A stretch of DNA of 64,000 nucleotides from the human T2T-CHM13v2.0 reference genome, Homo sapiens. The notes beneath the pieces are model-generated. The model was not told where the DNA came from. It did no database searches and saw only the letters and a program-made list of their open reading frames with translations. Numbering within the stretch: the first letter of the stretch is position 1; every line of letters starts with the position of its first letter. A program made the position numbers and the translations under genes. Below are positions 27,218 through 45,415 of this stretch, piece by piece. Location: the NCBI RefSeq assembly GCF_009914755.1, contig NC_060929.1. The stretch is one strand, 5' to 3'.

Positions 27218-29049
27218 TGATGATGAGGAGTAACTGCAATATCAGTTGACATCACAGAGGAAGTCAAGATGAATTCTGAGCACCTGCTGGTGGAGAAGGA
27301 GAAGAAGAAGGGAGACAGATAGAAAAAGGTGGATTATGAAAGGATTCCTGGAGGAATATTTACTGAACTGATCCTTCAAGGCAGAAAGAATTCTCCTAAA
27401 GGGAGGGGCAGGGAAGAGCCCTCCAAGCAGAGAGAACTGCATGGTGCCCCTCCTGGCCTAATTTTGTCCAGCATTCCCACTTGTATAATTGTCTCTTCAT
27501 TGTCATTGTTCCAGCTTCTAGGGGAAGGGATGCTTCTCCCATTACCTGTCTGGGGTTCAGTGAAGCCACAGAATGAAGACACCCTCCCCCCACCTCTGTT
27601 CAGCACCCTTCTCCTCTGTCCTCCCACTGTCCCACACAGTGATCTTACTACTTAAGGCTCCTTGACGCTGCTGTTTCTATGGCTTGTGTAGGAGGGAGGC
27701 TACAAACAAGCCAGGATGCAATCCCATAATTATGGTTTTATTAATAGCTTGAAGTCAAGATTGCAGAGATTCAGAATTTGTCTCAGTAGAATGAAATACA
27801 CTTAAGTGAGTGACAGAGGAGTTTTCATTGTATGCTGCTGCTGTCACATGGAGTGACGTTGTCTTCCTTCTTTCTTCCTCCTACTTTCTAAAGCTTTTAA
27901 AGAGACATGCTTGAGAGAGTGCCTTTTTAGACGTGAGAACAGTAGTGGGAGAGAAGGTTTCTCTCTCTGGATCACATGTGACAAGTTTTTATCTGATGTC
28001 TTTTGCATAAATAGTGGTATTTCCACTTAAGACTCTGTTATTTTCAAATAAAACAATAGATTGAAAGCACATTTATCTTCAAAGATTCACGCTTATCTTC
28101 AAAGATTCATCAAAGTGCTATCTATACTTGAAGGAGTTATTTCTTGCCCTAAGATAATTTGTATAGAGTGAAAGCACAGGTGAGGTCTTGCCAGATTGAA
28201 TATTTTTGAACCTTTTAGCATTATAGTTTCAGTGTATGAGCAGGCAGTTTTAAGGGATGCATACCTGCTAAGAAAAAGAAGATGTAGCCTTTCATCAGAA
28301 CGCCAAAAAGGTTTATGGGCAGTCTGTAGTTGACCATAGGAGATAATTTGGAACGACCTTTCAGGTCTTCCATTACATCCCTTCAGGTTGATGGCCTCTC
28401 TAAAAATGTCTCCTTCCTCTTGGGGCAGGCAGCCCCAGGCCAATTGGGCACAGCTTGGTGAGCAGAGTACCTACTGCGTTTCAGTACTTTGTCCCTTGAC
28501 CAGGGCCTTCCAGCAGTGGTTGGTCTGCGCATCGTTGGCTGTGTTCAGCAACAGGGTAATGATTTGTGAACTACCCTTGTCTGTATTGCCTAATTTTCTT
28601 ATTTTCACCAAGCTTACATCTTTTTAAACTTGAGGGTTACTAATGATATCAAACTGAGTTCTCAAAAATACATTAAGAAGTTTTCTTGACCAAAAGATGT
28701 TCATTCTCATTAGAAGCATTTTTAAAAATCTAATTTTCCACATTACTTCTTTTGAGCTCACTGCATCACCAATCTTCGTATTCTTTTTGTTTCCAGCCAC
28801 ATTTCTGCAGTGCCCCTGCCTCCTCCTAAGGGCCTTTTTGAAAATTCTAGTTTATTCATATCTATCCTGGTAAGGATGTTCTCTGAGGAAGGGTCGAGGA
28901 GTGGCATATGTGACTTAATCACTTTAGAAATGGGTCATATTTCTGAAACTGTTAACTTGGGAACTCCTGCACGTTTTAAATTAAGAGGATTTGAGAATAT
29001 TAAAAAGAGAATACAGATTCCATAAATACTTTATTTATATATTTGTTGA

Positions 29050-29281
29050 TTTCTTCATCCATTTATCTTGTGCTAAGTACTGAGCTAGATGCTGTGGCGA
29101 AAGCAGAGATGAATAAGTTGTCCGTGTCCTTGAGGTTGTTACAGTTTGATGACACAGACAAAAATAAACATTTTATGGTACAGGGTACAGTGGGTTAAAT
29201 AAGTTCCAAGTGCTACAGCAGTTCAGATAAGGGAGAGGTTCCTTTTGGTTAGTAGGATCTGTGAAACTTGTTAGCAGTGAC
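29050..29281 (-). mobile_element. L2 fragment (target of the L1PA insertion)
   Basis: tactgagctagatgctg...cagagatgaataag...ccttgagg; L2-like sequence resumes after 31913. Confidence 0.6.
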
Positions 29282-31978
<2,697 letters not shown>

Positions 31979-32049
31979 CTATCTGGGGGTAGAGGGGCAT
32001 GTGGTCTGATTTGTCTGAAATGTAATTTAAAAGGATGATAATAACAAGG

Positions 32050-32260
32050 AGAGCAATTATTTACTGGTTACCTACTATGTGCATACATTATTTCTACTCT
32101 ACACAACCTTATGAGATCAGCATTATTATTCCATTTACAGATAGAAAATCTTCATCTCAGAGTAGTCACGTAACTTGCCCATGGTTATTTAACTGATAAG
32201 TGGTGGTATTGAGAGTCAGATGCAGACCTGTCTGATTCAAAAGCCTCTGTTCCTTCTGCT
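32050..32260 (-). mobile_element. MIR
   Basis: cctactatgtgc ... caaccttatgag ... ccatttacagat ... gtaacttgccca ... ctgtctgattcaaaagcc. Confidence 0.8.
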
Positions 32261-32669
32261 GTATTACAGTCTTCAACTTGTGTATTTGGAGAAGAAAATG
32301 AGGAATGATATTTAGTGTGCAGATTAAAGAGCCTGAACTTCAGTAGATTATATAGGGCAAGAGACAGGAGGAAGTTCAGTCAAAGGGATATATTGTGAAG
32401 ATGGTTTTACTCTTTCAATTGAATTATCTACCCTAAGTCCCATGTCTAAATGATGCACACAGGTGGGGAAACGAATATGCTTTGATTGCAAGAGACTTGT
32501 TAAATAAGGTATTTGTCTAGCAAAAGATTGCTCATAGCTAGATAACACTATAAAAAACAATGATGATGACAGTAAGTAGATGTCTTCACTGAATGCCAAC
32601 AAAAAGACAAAAATGATATTATCTCTGATGCTCACAACTACTTGTAGCACAGTTGTATCATCTGTCACC

Positions 32670-32860
32670 TTGATGTAGTGGAAAGAGCAGAGGTGTAGAG
32701 CCAGAAAGAACTTGGTTTAAATTCTGCCTCCACCCTTTTCTAGTTATTGAGGTTATTTAATACTTGTGAAACTCAAAATTCTCATCTGTAAAATGTGTAT
32801 ACATGCATGTATATCATAAAGTTGTTGTGTATGTTAGAGAAAATGAACTTCTAATGCATT
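32670..32860 (+). mobile_element. MIR
   Basis: gtagtggaaagagca ... ttctcatctgtaaaatg. Confidence 0.75.
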
Positions 32861-33819
32861 TTATAACCAAAAAGGAATAATTAGGTAATAAAAATAAAAT
32901 TCTACTAGAGAGGCAAGGGTATTTCTGAGTATGCCTAAGCAGAAAACATGATAATGGCATGACAAAAATATGAATAGTTATAGTATCAAAATTTAGTCTA
33001 CTTTGCTAAAGGTGGTTCTTTCCTTTACAAAAAAAAAAACTACATACCAAAACAAGCAACTGAGTATATAATGTTGAATTTAAATACATTCTCAGAATTA
33101 AGTGCATTTATATCCATATATATAACATCAAAATATTGCTAAAAATTATTGGTTTTAGAGCCTCATGAAAAGGACAACTAATTCTTACTATGCTGAAATA
33201 TGCTTTTACCTCCATTGTATTAATGCAGTTCTGTCTGACTTTTTAATAATAGCTTTTAATTCTTTCTGAGAAAAAAACTCAGTACATCAAAAGTAGGTCA
33301 TGCTGTGCATAGATTTCTTTTCGTAGCTTGATGTGCGCTTACCTAGTAGATTGTGAATTCAGTTCTCGGAATGAAAAATGGATGATTCTGACATCTCTAT
33401 TGAACATCAGAAATAGAAATGTGTTGAAAGTATTGCTGCAGTTGTTTTGAAGGTAATATTCTTGCAAAAAACAGTTGTCTAGAAGACTGTTTTTGTTAAC
33501 AGATTCTTCTAATTGAGACCCTTGTGTGGAAATCTCCCAGAGGGAAATCCTATAATTGGTGAAAGCAGCAAGGAAATGTACAGCATGCCAGATAATTTCA
33601 TCTTCCTGAAGCCCTTGCCCCTAATGCTTTAATTGATCTCATACCTTATCCCAGGACACAGAACCTCAATTAACTTATTCAAAGAATTATTTGGAACAAC
33701 TTTTAAGCATATATAATTATCATTGACTTTAGGATGTGTTTATGCTCATCTTGGAACATATTCTTATTGAACAAGGTCCCTATTGAATTTCCATAGTGTT
33801 GCCTGACTTGTAAAGCAGG

Positions 33820-33847
33820 AAACAAAAATGAAAACAAAACAAAACAA

Positions 33848-33878
<31 letters not shown>

Positions 33879-33880
33879 CA
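33820..33880. repeat. (CAAAA)n microsatellite
   Basis: Seen directly. Confidence 0.92.
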
Positions 33881-34136
33881 CCTCCCAAACTGAGAAGCGA
33901 TTTTCTTGAAAGAGTTTCTTTTTGGGAAATTATGATAAAGTGCTGAGAAATAAGTCCATCCTGTGAAATATTTTGTCAACTTTTCCCTGGAGTAGTCTAT
34001 ATACAAAATATAGTTTTAAAATATCAGTAAATTAAGGCAATAAATGAATTAGTTTATCCCTCCCTTGCAATCTAAATCTGAATCTTGTTTTAATCTAGAC
34101 ATGTATAAAATGCTACAGCATCATTCACTGCTCTTA

Positions 34137-34209
34137 GTATTCCTCAGCTTTAAAAATATATACATTTTATATACAGGTATTCCTCAGCTTTAAAAATATA
34201 TACATTTTA
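34137..34209. repeat. Perfect 33-bp direct duplication, 40-bp period
   Basis: gtattcctcagctttaaaaatatatacatttta at 34137-34169 and 34177-34209. Confidence 0.95.
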
Positions 34210-34610
34210 ACCCTAGGATTTATCCTATTTTAGGAATTTGTCTCTTATAACTAGTCATAAATTTGGATGCACAAATGATACAAAAATGGTCACTGTAACG
34301 TTATTTATAAAAGCAAAATATTGGAAAAATCTTAAATATTTAATAATAGGAGGGGACTTAAATGAATTAGACTAGACTCATAGGTTAGAATATTATGTAG
34401 CTATTAAAATGAATTTTTTGAGGAATAGTTAACACTTCAGGAAATTCTCAGGGTTTGATATAAAGATTATAATAAAAATTACATGTACAGTGTCTATTCA
34501 AATTTTAAAAATCTCAAATTATGTTTGCATTAAAATTATTGGAAGGAAATACGTCAAAATATACTGCGTATTTTGGGGCAATGGAATTTTGGGTGATTTG
34601 TTTTCTTCCC
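34190..34610 (+). mobile_element. L1ME fragment
   Basis: taggaattt ... ttatttataaaagcaaaatattggaaa ... gaatattatgtagctattaaaa. Confidence 0.6.
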
Positions 34611-34619
34611 TGTCTATTC

Positions 34620-35950
34620 TTTCATTCATTCTTTCAGCAAGTCTTTATTGAGAATCTAACATGTAATAGACACAATACTAGAGCTGCACATTCAATGTGG
34701 AACAAAAATTAAATGGCCTCTGTCATCATCATGCTACCAATTTAGGGGGGAAGATATATATTAATAAAAAATCACACAAATAAATGTAAAATTATACCCA
34801 TGATAAGTGCTAAGAAGGAAGGTGACTATGAGAGAATACAGTAGGGAATCTAGCATAATATGGGGTTTAGTTCACTGAGGAACTGATGAATGAACTAAAA
34901 TCTGATGTCTGGGTAAGAGATTTAAGCTGATGCCTGGGGGACAGGAATAGTATTGTAAATCCCCCATACTAGGATGGAGCATGGTATGTTTAAAGAATTG
35001 AAAGAAGCCGAGTGTGGTGATGTGGGAAGAGGGCTTGGGGAGAGTGATATAAGATTTTGTTTTTAACGTTTCATTCTTCTGCAACATGGAAAAGAAATTG
35101 GGAGGAAGAGAAGCAGAATCAGGGAACCATGCTGGGGGATTTTAGCAGTAGGACAGGTGAGTGGTGATGTTACATTGGATTAAGGTGATGAAGTTGGGGA
35201 TGGAGAGTCGAGTGAAAGAATTCAAGATGTACTTAGGAGGTAACAATGAAATTGACTTGATGATGGGTTATACACAGGTGTAAAGGAGCAGGGGAAACTG
35301 AAGATGCCTTCTAGATTTAGCTTGAGCAGCTGGTTGGAACATGGTGCCAATCATTGATATAGGGATAGGGGAGAGGATCAGGCTTGAGAAGGGAGGTAAT
35401 GTGTTTGGCTTAGGATTTGTTAATATGAGTTACCTTTAAGATATTCAAGTGGGGATAATAGAAGTCAGTTGGATATGTGGTTCTCAAACTCAGAAAAGTC
35501 AGAGTCTATTCATTATCTTATCCCTAGTGCCTGGCACATTTTGAGTGTCCAATACATATTTGTAGAATGAATGAATGAATGGACTGGATAAATAAATTTG
35601 GGGGTCATTGGCTATGATTGATAACTGATATCCTATTGGATAAAATTCCTAAGAGCAGAGGATAGAATGAGAAGATAAGATGACATTAAAAAGCCCCTTA
35701 GAAAATCCTCTATTTAATGACTTTGAAGGAGGTGAAGGACACAGAAAGTAGAGAAGTAGTAAGGAAACTGGTTAAAAGGTTACCATGCAAACCAGCAGAG
35801 AGAGGTCAACCATGTCAAAAGTGCTGGTAAGCCATGTAAAGTGACAACTGAAAATATTTTTTGGGTTTAGATACTGAAAGCCTTTGATGACTTTAACAGG
35901 AGCTATTTGGTAACGTGTGAGTGGGACGTAAGAGGAACAGCGAGTAAGGA
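34620..35950 (-). mobile_element. Long L2 segment, containing a short + strand L2 tail at about 35510-35580
   Basis: ttcattcattctttcagcaagtctttattgag start; gcttgagcagctgg...atggtgcca; attcaagtgg...cagttggatatgtgg. Confidence 0.75.
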
Positions 35951-36036
35951 AGATATCTAAATGGTGATGTGGGGGTAAAAGGAAGTTATTATTATTATTA
36001 TTTTAATTGACAGTCATTGGGAAGGATGGATTAAGA

Positions 36037-36068
<32 letters not shown>

Positions 36069-36075
36069 GTGTGTG
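36037..36075. repeat. (TG)n microsatellite
   Basis: Seen directly. Confidence 0.95.
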
Positions 36076-38553
36076 AGAAAGACAGAGAGAAATTTGAAAA
36101 ACAAGAAAGAGAAGAAATAATCTATTATTTAAATTTCCTATGAAAGTCAGAGGAGATGAAATTCAATGCTATCATAAGTTCTAAAGGAATATTTTTAAGG
36201 ATAATAAATAAAAGCTGTAGTAGTTAGGTGGTAAGAAGGTCTTTTCTATACTATTCTGTATTTTCCAATGTCCCTATAATATGTATGTCACTTTTCTTAC
36301 CAGAAAGTAGGTTAAAAAAAGACATCCTCATTTTACTGTCATTTTAGCCAATATTCTGAACTGCTAAATGAATGGAAATCTAGAGAAAAATGAATATATA
36401 GCAAATAAAAGTATTGGGTAGATTAAAAAGTTTAGGTGAAACTAAACTAAACATAAACATTTTCTGAGTTTTGAAATTCATTTGAGATTTTATATCCCAT
36501 TTCCCAGGACCACTGTCTCCAGGAACCTACTTTCAGCCTGGAAATTTTACTGGTTCAGGAACAAGAAGTTATTCTTCCAGACTGGTTTACCGTGGCCACT
36601 TCTGGGAAAAAAGGAAACATGTTCTGTTTTTGTCAGCATATTTAGAAAAAAAAGGTACATTATTGTTTTCAAAATATTTTTGAGGATAACAGCCAAATGG
36701 AGGAGATTTCTTAGCATCATCAAGTTATAGCACATTTGTGATATATTAATATTAGGGTCATAGATCCAAACATAATCTTCTTTTAGTAGGGACTTATAGA
36801 TCATCTAGTTCAGCAAATGTATTTTCAGACCAAGAAATTGAGGCTTAGAGAGAGTGACTTAATTAATACTGTAGCTTCTTTCCCTCATCCCCATTCTGGT
36901 GAGGAGGTACAATTTGTTAAACAGAGAACATAAATATTTCATAATAAAATATAAAATATTGTGGGACTTGCTAATATCAGCTCTCATATTCAGAGCAAAC
37001 TTGAATGCTCTCTCGACTCTTGTGTTTTTGGTCTGGTGGAATTCCCAATTAATGGCATAGTCTTACAGCAACATTTCCCAGACGGTTGTAACAAATGTTA
37101 CTAGGTCTTCTATTAATGTTGCATAATATATTCCTCCTTTGAGGTTCACACCTCACCTTAGCATATGAAGAGTTGTCATAAGCCCTGAAGTGAATTATAT
37201 TTTAAAACTGTTTAAGAGCCAGGCACATTTATTATACATTTTTAAGAGTTGTATTTTTTAAATAATAGAGCAGGAAAAAACTTTAGAGATTTATTTAGGG
37301 TAGCAGGAGTGGGGATACTCAGACATGCAATTGTATGGAGAAACCATCACCAGTGCTCATTGAACTTTGCCTACCTGCCTCCCCAAGGTGCTGATTCCAC
37401 CAACATTTTCCAGAGTGCATGCACTAGATCACAGCAAAGGGCCTTAAAGAATTGTGGAAAGCATGTTAAGCAACTATAGGAACCAGCAGAGCTTCAGTCA
37501 CAGTTACAGTGGTCGCCTATCAAGATGACAAAAGGCTTCACCTGATAAAAATCATCTCTTACAACAATGGAAAATTCCAATCATTAGAGTTCTATGGATG
37601 GTTAAAGCATTGATTCTAAAAGGCCCCTGTTAAAACTGTAGTTCTTCAAAATGGAAAGGGCAGTATATTAGAAGGGCAGGGTTGATGTACAAATGTGCAA
37701 AATGATATTGCTAAATTCCAATATTACTTTAACAATTATTTAATAAAAGTGTTTCAGTGAAGAATAGGCCATCCAAAGAGTTACATGAGTGTTTACCTCA
37801 TTTAAGTGAAGAATACTGTAGAACCTGCATTTTTAAATTGACTTAAAAATTTCACATACCATAAAATACGTTCTCTTAAAACATACAATCCAGTGGTTTT
37901 TAGTACATTAACAAGGTTATGCCACCATTACCAAAATCTGATTCCAGATATTTTCATCTAAAAAGAAACCCCATACACATTAGCAATCACTTACACTTTC
38001 TCTCTATCCCCAGAATCTGGCAACCACTAATCTTTCTGTCTGTATGGATTTGCCTATTCTGGACATTTCATATAAATGGAATCATACCATATATGGCCTT
38101 TTGTGCCTGGCTTCTTCCACTAGCATAATGTTTTCAAAGTTCATCTATGCATGTATCAATACTTTTTCCTTTTAATGGCTGAATAATATTCCATTCTATA
38201 TATATCCAACATTTTTTATGGGTTGCTTCCACTTGCTGACAGTTATGAATAATGCTGCTGTGAACATCTCTATACAAGTGTTTGTGTAGACATAAGTTTT
38301 CAGTTCTCTTGGGTATAAATCTAAGAGTGGAATTGCTAGATATGGTAATTCTATGCTTAACTTTTTGACAAACTTCCAAACTGCTTTCTAAAGTGGTTGC
38401 ACACTTTTACCTTCTTATTAGTAATGTAAGTAGGTTCCAATTTCTACATATCCTGGACAACACTTGATTTTGTCTGTCTTTTTTATTTTAGCCAGCTACA
38501 GAGTGGGAAATGTTATCTCATTGTGGCATTTCCCTAATGGCTAATGATGTTGA

Positions 38554-38903
<350 letters not shown>

Positions 38904-38931
38904 TATTTGCCTGTTTTCTTTCAATAAATGT

Positions 38932-39268
38932 TGATATGGTTTGTCTCTGTCCCCACCCAAGTCTCATCTTGAATTGTAGCTCCCATAATTCCTATGTGTT
39001 GTGGGAGGGACCCAGTGGGAGATAATTGAATCATGGGGGGTGGTTCCCCCATACTGTTCTTGTGGTAGTGAACCCCTATTGCCTGACTCTCATTCTCAAT
39101 CTCTCGTCTGCTACCATGTAAGACATGTCTTGCTCCCCTTTGCCTTCCACTGTGATTGTGAGGCCTCCCCAAGCCATGTGGAACTGTGAGTCAATTAAGC
39201 CTCTTTCCTTTATAAATTACCCAGTCTTGGGTATGTCTTTATTAGCAGCGTGAGAACGGACTAATACA
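38932..39268 (+). mobile_element. THE1 solo LTR with a 5-bp TSD
   Basis: tgatatggtttg...ccccacccaagtctcatcttgaattgtagctccc ... gactaataca; AATGT at 38927-38931 and 39269-39273. Confidence 0.95.
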
Positions 39269-40029
39269 AATGTCTATTTAGGTTCCTTGCCCATTTTGAA
39301 GTTGGGTTATTTGTTTTTTAATGTTGAATTGTATGAGTTCTCCCTATGTTATGGATACTAGTACCTTATCAGAGATAATCTACCAATATTTTCTCCCATT
39401 CTGTGTATTTTTCCATTTTCATGATAGTGTCCTTTGAACCATAAATGCATTCACTTTTATATCAACTATCTTAGAACTAAAAATTTAGAGGCAGTGGCTA
39501 ATAGTGAATGAAAATTTAACAGATCTAAATAAAATAAATGTTCAAGAACATTCTATTTTGTGGAAATTTTCAGTTTCTTTAAATTAAACTTAGAATTATT
39601 TGCTAAATATTTTACCGTTAAAACATTGAAATGAAGGATTTGCCTTTTAAATGGAACTCTTCATTTCACTGTAAAGAAAGAACAAGATGTCTTTGCCTTC
39701 ATTCTTTCCTGACAAAACTGGCTCTTTATTGTACCCTTTGCTTAATCAGCATAAGAGACACTCTAGAGCAAGCTCATTCATGTTGAGGCACAAAGATATG
39801 TACTGATGAGTGAAAAAGCATCATCTTGTAATTTTCAGTGTCCTGAAACTCATAGGTGGCTTTCCTAACTCTTTCTTCTAAACCATGTCTCAAGGAGAAT
39901 GCAAGAAAAAAAAAGATAAACAAAACCTTAACAAAAACAACAAACAGTATCAGGTATCACTTTCAGTTTGGAGATCAGCGTTCCCCTGATTATTTAGTGG
40001 GAACATCTTTGTAACGGTTATAATGATAA

Positions 40030-40190
40030 TGGTAAAAACACTTGCTATCTTTTATGGGATGTATCCTATATATTAATTCAGCTAATGCTGTGAAATGAAT
40101 ATTTTAGGTATCTCTATTCTCAGATGAGAAAACTAATTTTAGAAAGGTTAACTAACTTGCCTTAGATTGCACAGCTAGTTAACGGTCAAA
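40030..40190 (-). mobile_element. MIR
   Basis: cagatgagaaaact ... aggttaactaacttgcc. Confidence 0.65.
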
Positions 40191-40394
40191 CTATAGCATC
40201 ACTTTCAGAGACATTTAAAGGAGAGAACCTTAATCCTATACTGAACAGGCTGAAAGGTGATATTCTACTACAGGCTTCCACTGATTATTTTATTTCTAAG
40301 GCAGTTTTCTTAACTTAAAGGTCTATCCACCTGTGACTAATTCCTCTGTTCAGGGTTGGGATGATGATGTCGATGGTAATAATGAGGATATCAA

Positions 40395-40575
40395 CAACAA
40401 CAATAGCTTCTTTGAGTGCTTCCCTTTGTTAACACAAATATCTGCAAGCAATACTCTAAAGTTATATTATATCCAGTTTACAGATGAGGAAGCTGAGGGG
40501 TACAGTGGGCTGCAGCTTGTCTAGGGTTATGTGGTGGCAGAACTGAGAATAAACCCAGTTTTATTTGACTTCGAA
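40395..40575 (-). mobile_element. MIR
   Basis: tttacagatgaggaagctgagg ... tggcagaactgaga. Confidence 0.7.
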
Positions 40576-40784
40576 ACACTGAGCACCATTACATGTAGAC
40601 AGAAGTTTTTGACTGATTTGTCACCATCATTTAGTTATCAATGGCTTTCATAGATTTTAAACCCTGGGATTTAAACATTGTATATAAGACCAGAGATGAT
40701 AAATAAATTTAGCTTAATATAATTAATTGTACAGTGAAAATTCTCACATGTATAGAAGAGAAAAACCAACAGTAAAACAAGTTA

Positions 40785-41620
<836 letters not shown>

Positions 41621-41867
41621 TCTTCTCTGATTCCACTTGCTGTCTCCACTATTCACATTTTCTGTTGTTTATATGACATCTTGTCTTACTAGTCAGCTTT
41701 TCATGTGTCATCTGTTTTTTTACCTTCAAGATTATAAGCTATATTTGTTGCATTAGAAAGAAACAGGTGACACTTCCCAAATTATATTTCATATCAGGAA
41801 ATGTATGCTTCTTACTTAAGACTTTTGAGGGGTAGAGCAAATAAATTTTAGAACAAGAAGTGCTTTT

Positions 41868-42188
<321 letters not shown>

Positions 42189-42856
42189 TTAATAAGTAAC
42201 AATAAAGCATTTAGCTGGGTAGCAAAGGAATTAAAAGCCTGTCAGTAGTGTTTGGTGTTATTAAGAAACTATCACATTGTCATTCAGTTTGCTACTCTGT
42301 GTAAAGCAAACTGATGTACACCGAAATTGAGCTATCTAGTGTGAAGAAAATGTGTGTGTGAATGTGGGTGTTAGCACTTTCACCCTGGCAAACACAATCA
42401 ATAGTGTGACATAGCTAGACAATATCCAAGAAATAATAGTGTATCTTAAAATATTCAAAAATTCAACCCATCAGTCTATGCACTTCTTGATCAAAGGTGT
42501 TAACAATTTTTATTAGGAGGGGTTCTTTATACTGACAAAAATGTGAAGATTCCTCACCCCCACATTATGGTAATATGGTTTAGTGGCTATTGAAGAGAAG
42601 ATACTTTTGAATGGTGTTGGAAAATATACAAATCTAATAGAAAGGTTAGATAGAAAATTTACAACAAACATAAGATTGAGAATATATGCAATTGAAGAGT
42701 ATATACGTAGGTGGATACTAATTGATTAGGATTTGGGAAGAGTCGCTATTGAACTCAAATATTCTGGATGAAGAAGCTGAGACATAGCTTTCCAATAATC
42801 AATTTTGAATGGATTTATGGAAAAAATGACATTTCAGTCAATTTAAAATTAATGGC

Positions 42857-43305
42857 TTTATTAGGCTGTTTTTGCATTGCTATAAAGGAAAACCTGAGAC
42901 TAGGTAATTTATAAAGAAAGGTGACTTAATTGGCTCACAGTTATAAAGAAAAGAGACTTACTTGGCTCACTGTACAAGCCTGGCACTAATATCGGCTGAG
43001 CTCTGGTGAGGGCCTCAAGAAGCTCACAATCATGGTGAAGGGCGAAGTGGGACTGGGCATGTTACATGGTGAGAATGGGAGCAAGAGAGCAAGGGGTCAT
43101 GAGGTCCCAGACTTAAACGACCAGATCTCATGTGAACTAACTGAGTGAGAACTCACTTATCACTTAATCACCAAGGGATGGTACTAAACCATTCATGAGG
43201 AATCTGCCCCCATGATCCAACTTCCTCCCACCAGGCTTCACCTCTAACATTGTGAATCACATTTCAAAATGAGATTTGGAGGAGACAAACATACAAGCCT
43301 TATCA
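42857..43305 (-). mobile_element. MSTA solo LTR with a 5-bp TSD
   Basis: tattaggctgtt...gcattgctataaagga ... gagatttggaggagacaaaca; ATGGC at 42852-42856 and 43306-43310; internal ~32-bp duplication at 42909-42972. Confidence 0.92.
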
Positions 43306-43479
43306 ATGGCAAAGAATAGCTTAGTGGTTTTGAGGGAGAAGTGGGTTACAGATCCTTGGCATTTCTTGGAAAAATATTAAGTGGTGGGCATAAGATGATG
43401 AATAGACTGGGGTATGCAGAGGAATGTCTGAGATGAGGGTAGGGTGACATGAAACATCCAGAGGTAAAGAAAATAATAC

Positions 43480-44692
<1,213 letters not shown>

Positions 44693-45194
44693 GACTATAT
44701 CATTGACACCAAGAGGCAAATCTTTCTGAGCCTTTGTAGATGAGTGTACCGACTCAGAAACCTTTTGGTCCCTGGCCTCTGGGTAATGTGCTCTATCTAA
44801 GATAATAACTTCCTCTTGACTTTCTTCCACATATATCTGTGCATACACCAATACAAAGAACACATACTGGATGGCTAACAAATAGTCATCTAGTAGATTC
44901 CTTATTCTCTTTAAAGGAAAAGCTGTATCATAAGGACCTTGTGTATGCTGTTGTCTTCTAATTAATATTAGCAAGTAAAGAATTTGACTCTAGCTGTGAT
45001 AAGATTAGGGAATTCAAAAGGAGGTTGCATATCCCCTGTGCTTTTTACATGTTGAAGAGTGGAGGAAAAGAAAACAGTTTAGTGGCATCATAGGACGTTG
45101 CTCTTTTGGAGCTAACCTCAAACAGATTCATGGCTGTGTAGAGATGTGATTTATAATTCAGTTTACAGGCTGTAAAACATACTAGTTTAAACCA

Positions 45195-45415
45195 GGAGAT
45201 CTAGAGTGAGAATGCTTCAGTTTAGATCCATTCTCTGCCCTTTTAATGACTAACTGTATGACCTTGAACAAGTCACTCAACCTCTGTACATCTCAATTTC
45301 ACAACATGGGTTTGTGAAGAATTGTTGGAGGATTCAATGACATAATCTATATAAAACACTTAGAATAGCATCAAGGACTTATAAAGGGCTCAAATAATGT
45401 TAGTTATTATTATTA
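45195..45415 (+). mobile_element. MIR
   Basis: ctgtatgaccttgaacaagtcactcaacctct ... aaaacacttagaatag ... tgttagttattatt. Confidence 0.8.

Noticed and set aside
28258-28285. Minus-strand cttctttttcttagcag|gtatgc, a recursive-site-like motif
   Set aside because: It is opposite to the inferred transcribed strand, and such motifs are frequent by chance.
28387-28457. Exon-like segment cccttcag|gttgatgg ... cttg|gtgagc
   Set aside because: Plausible splice sites, but the peptides resemble nothing I recognise and there is no other support.
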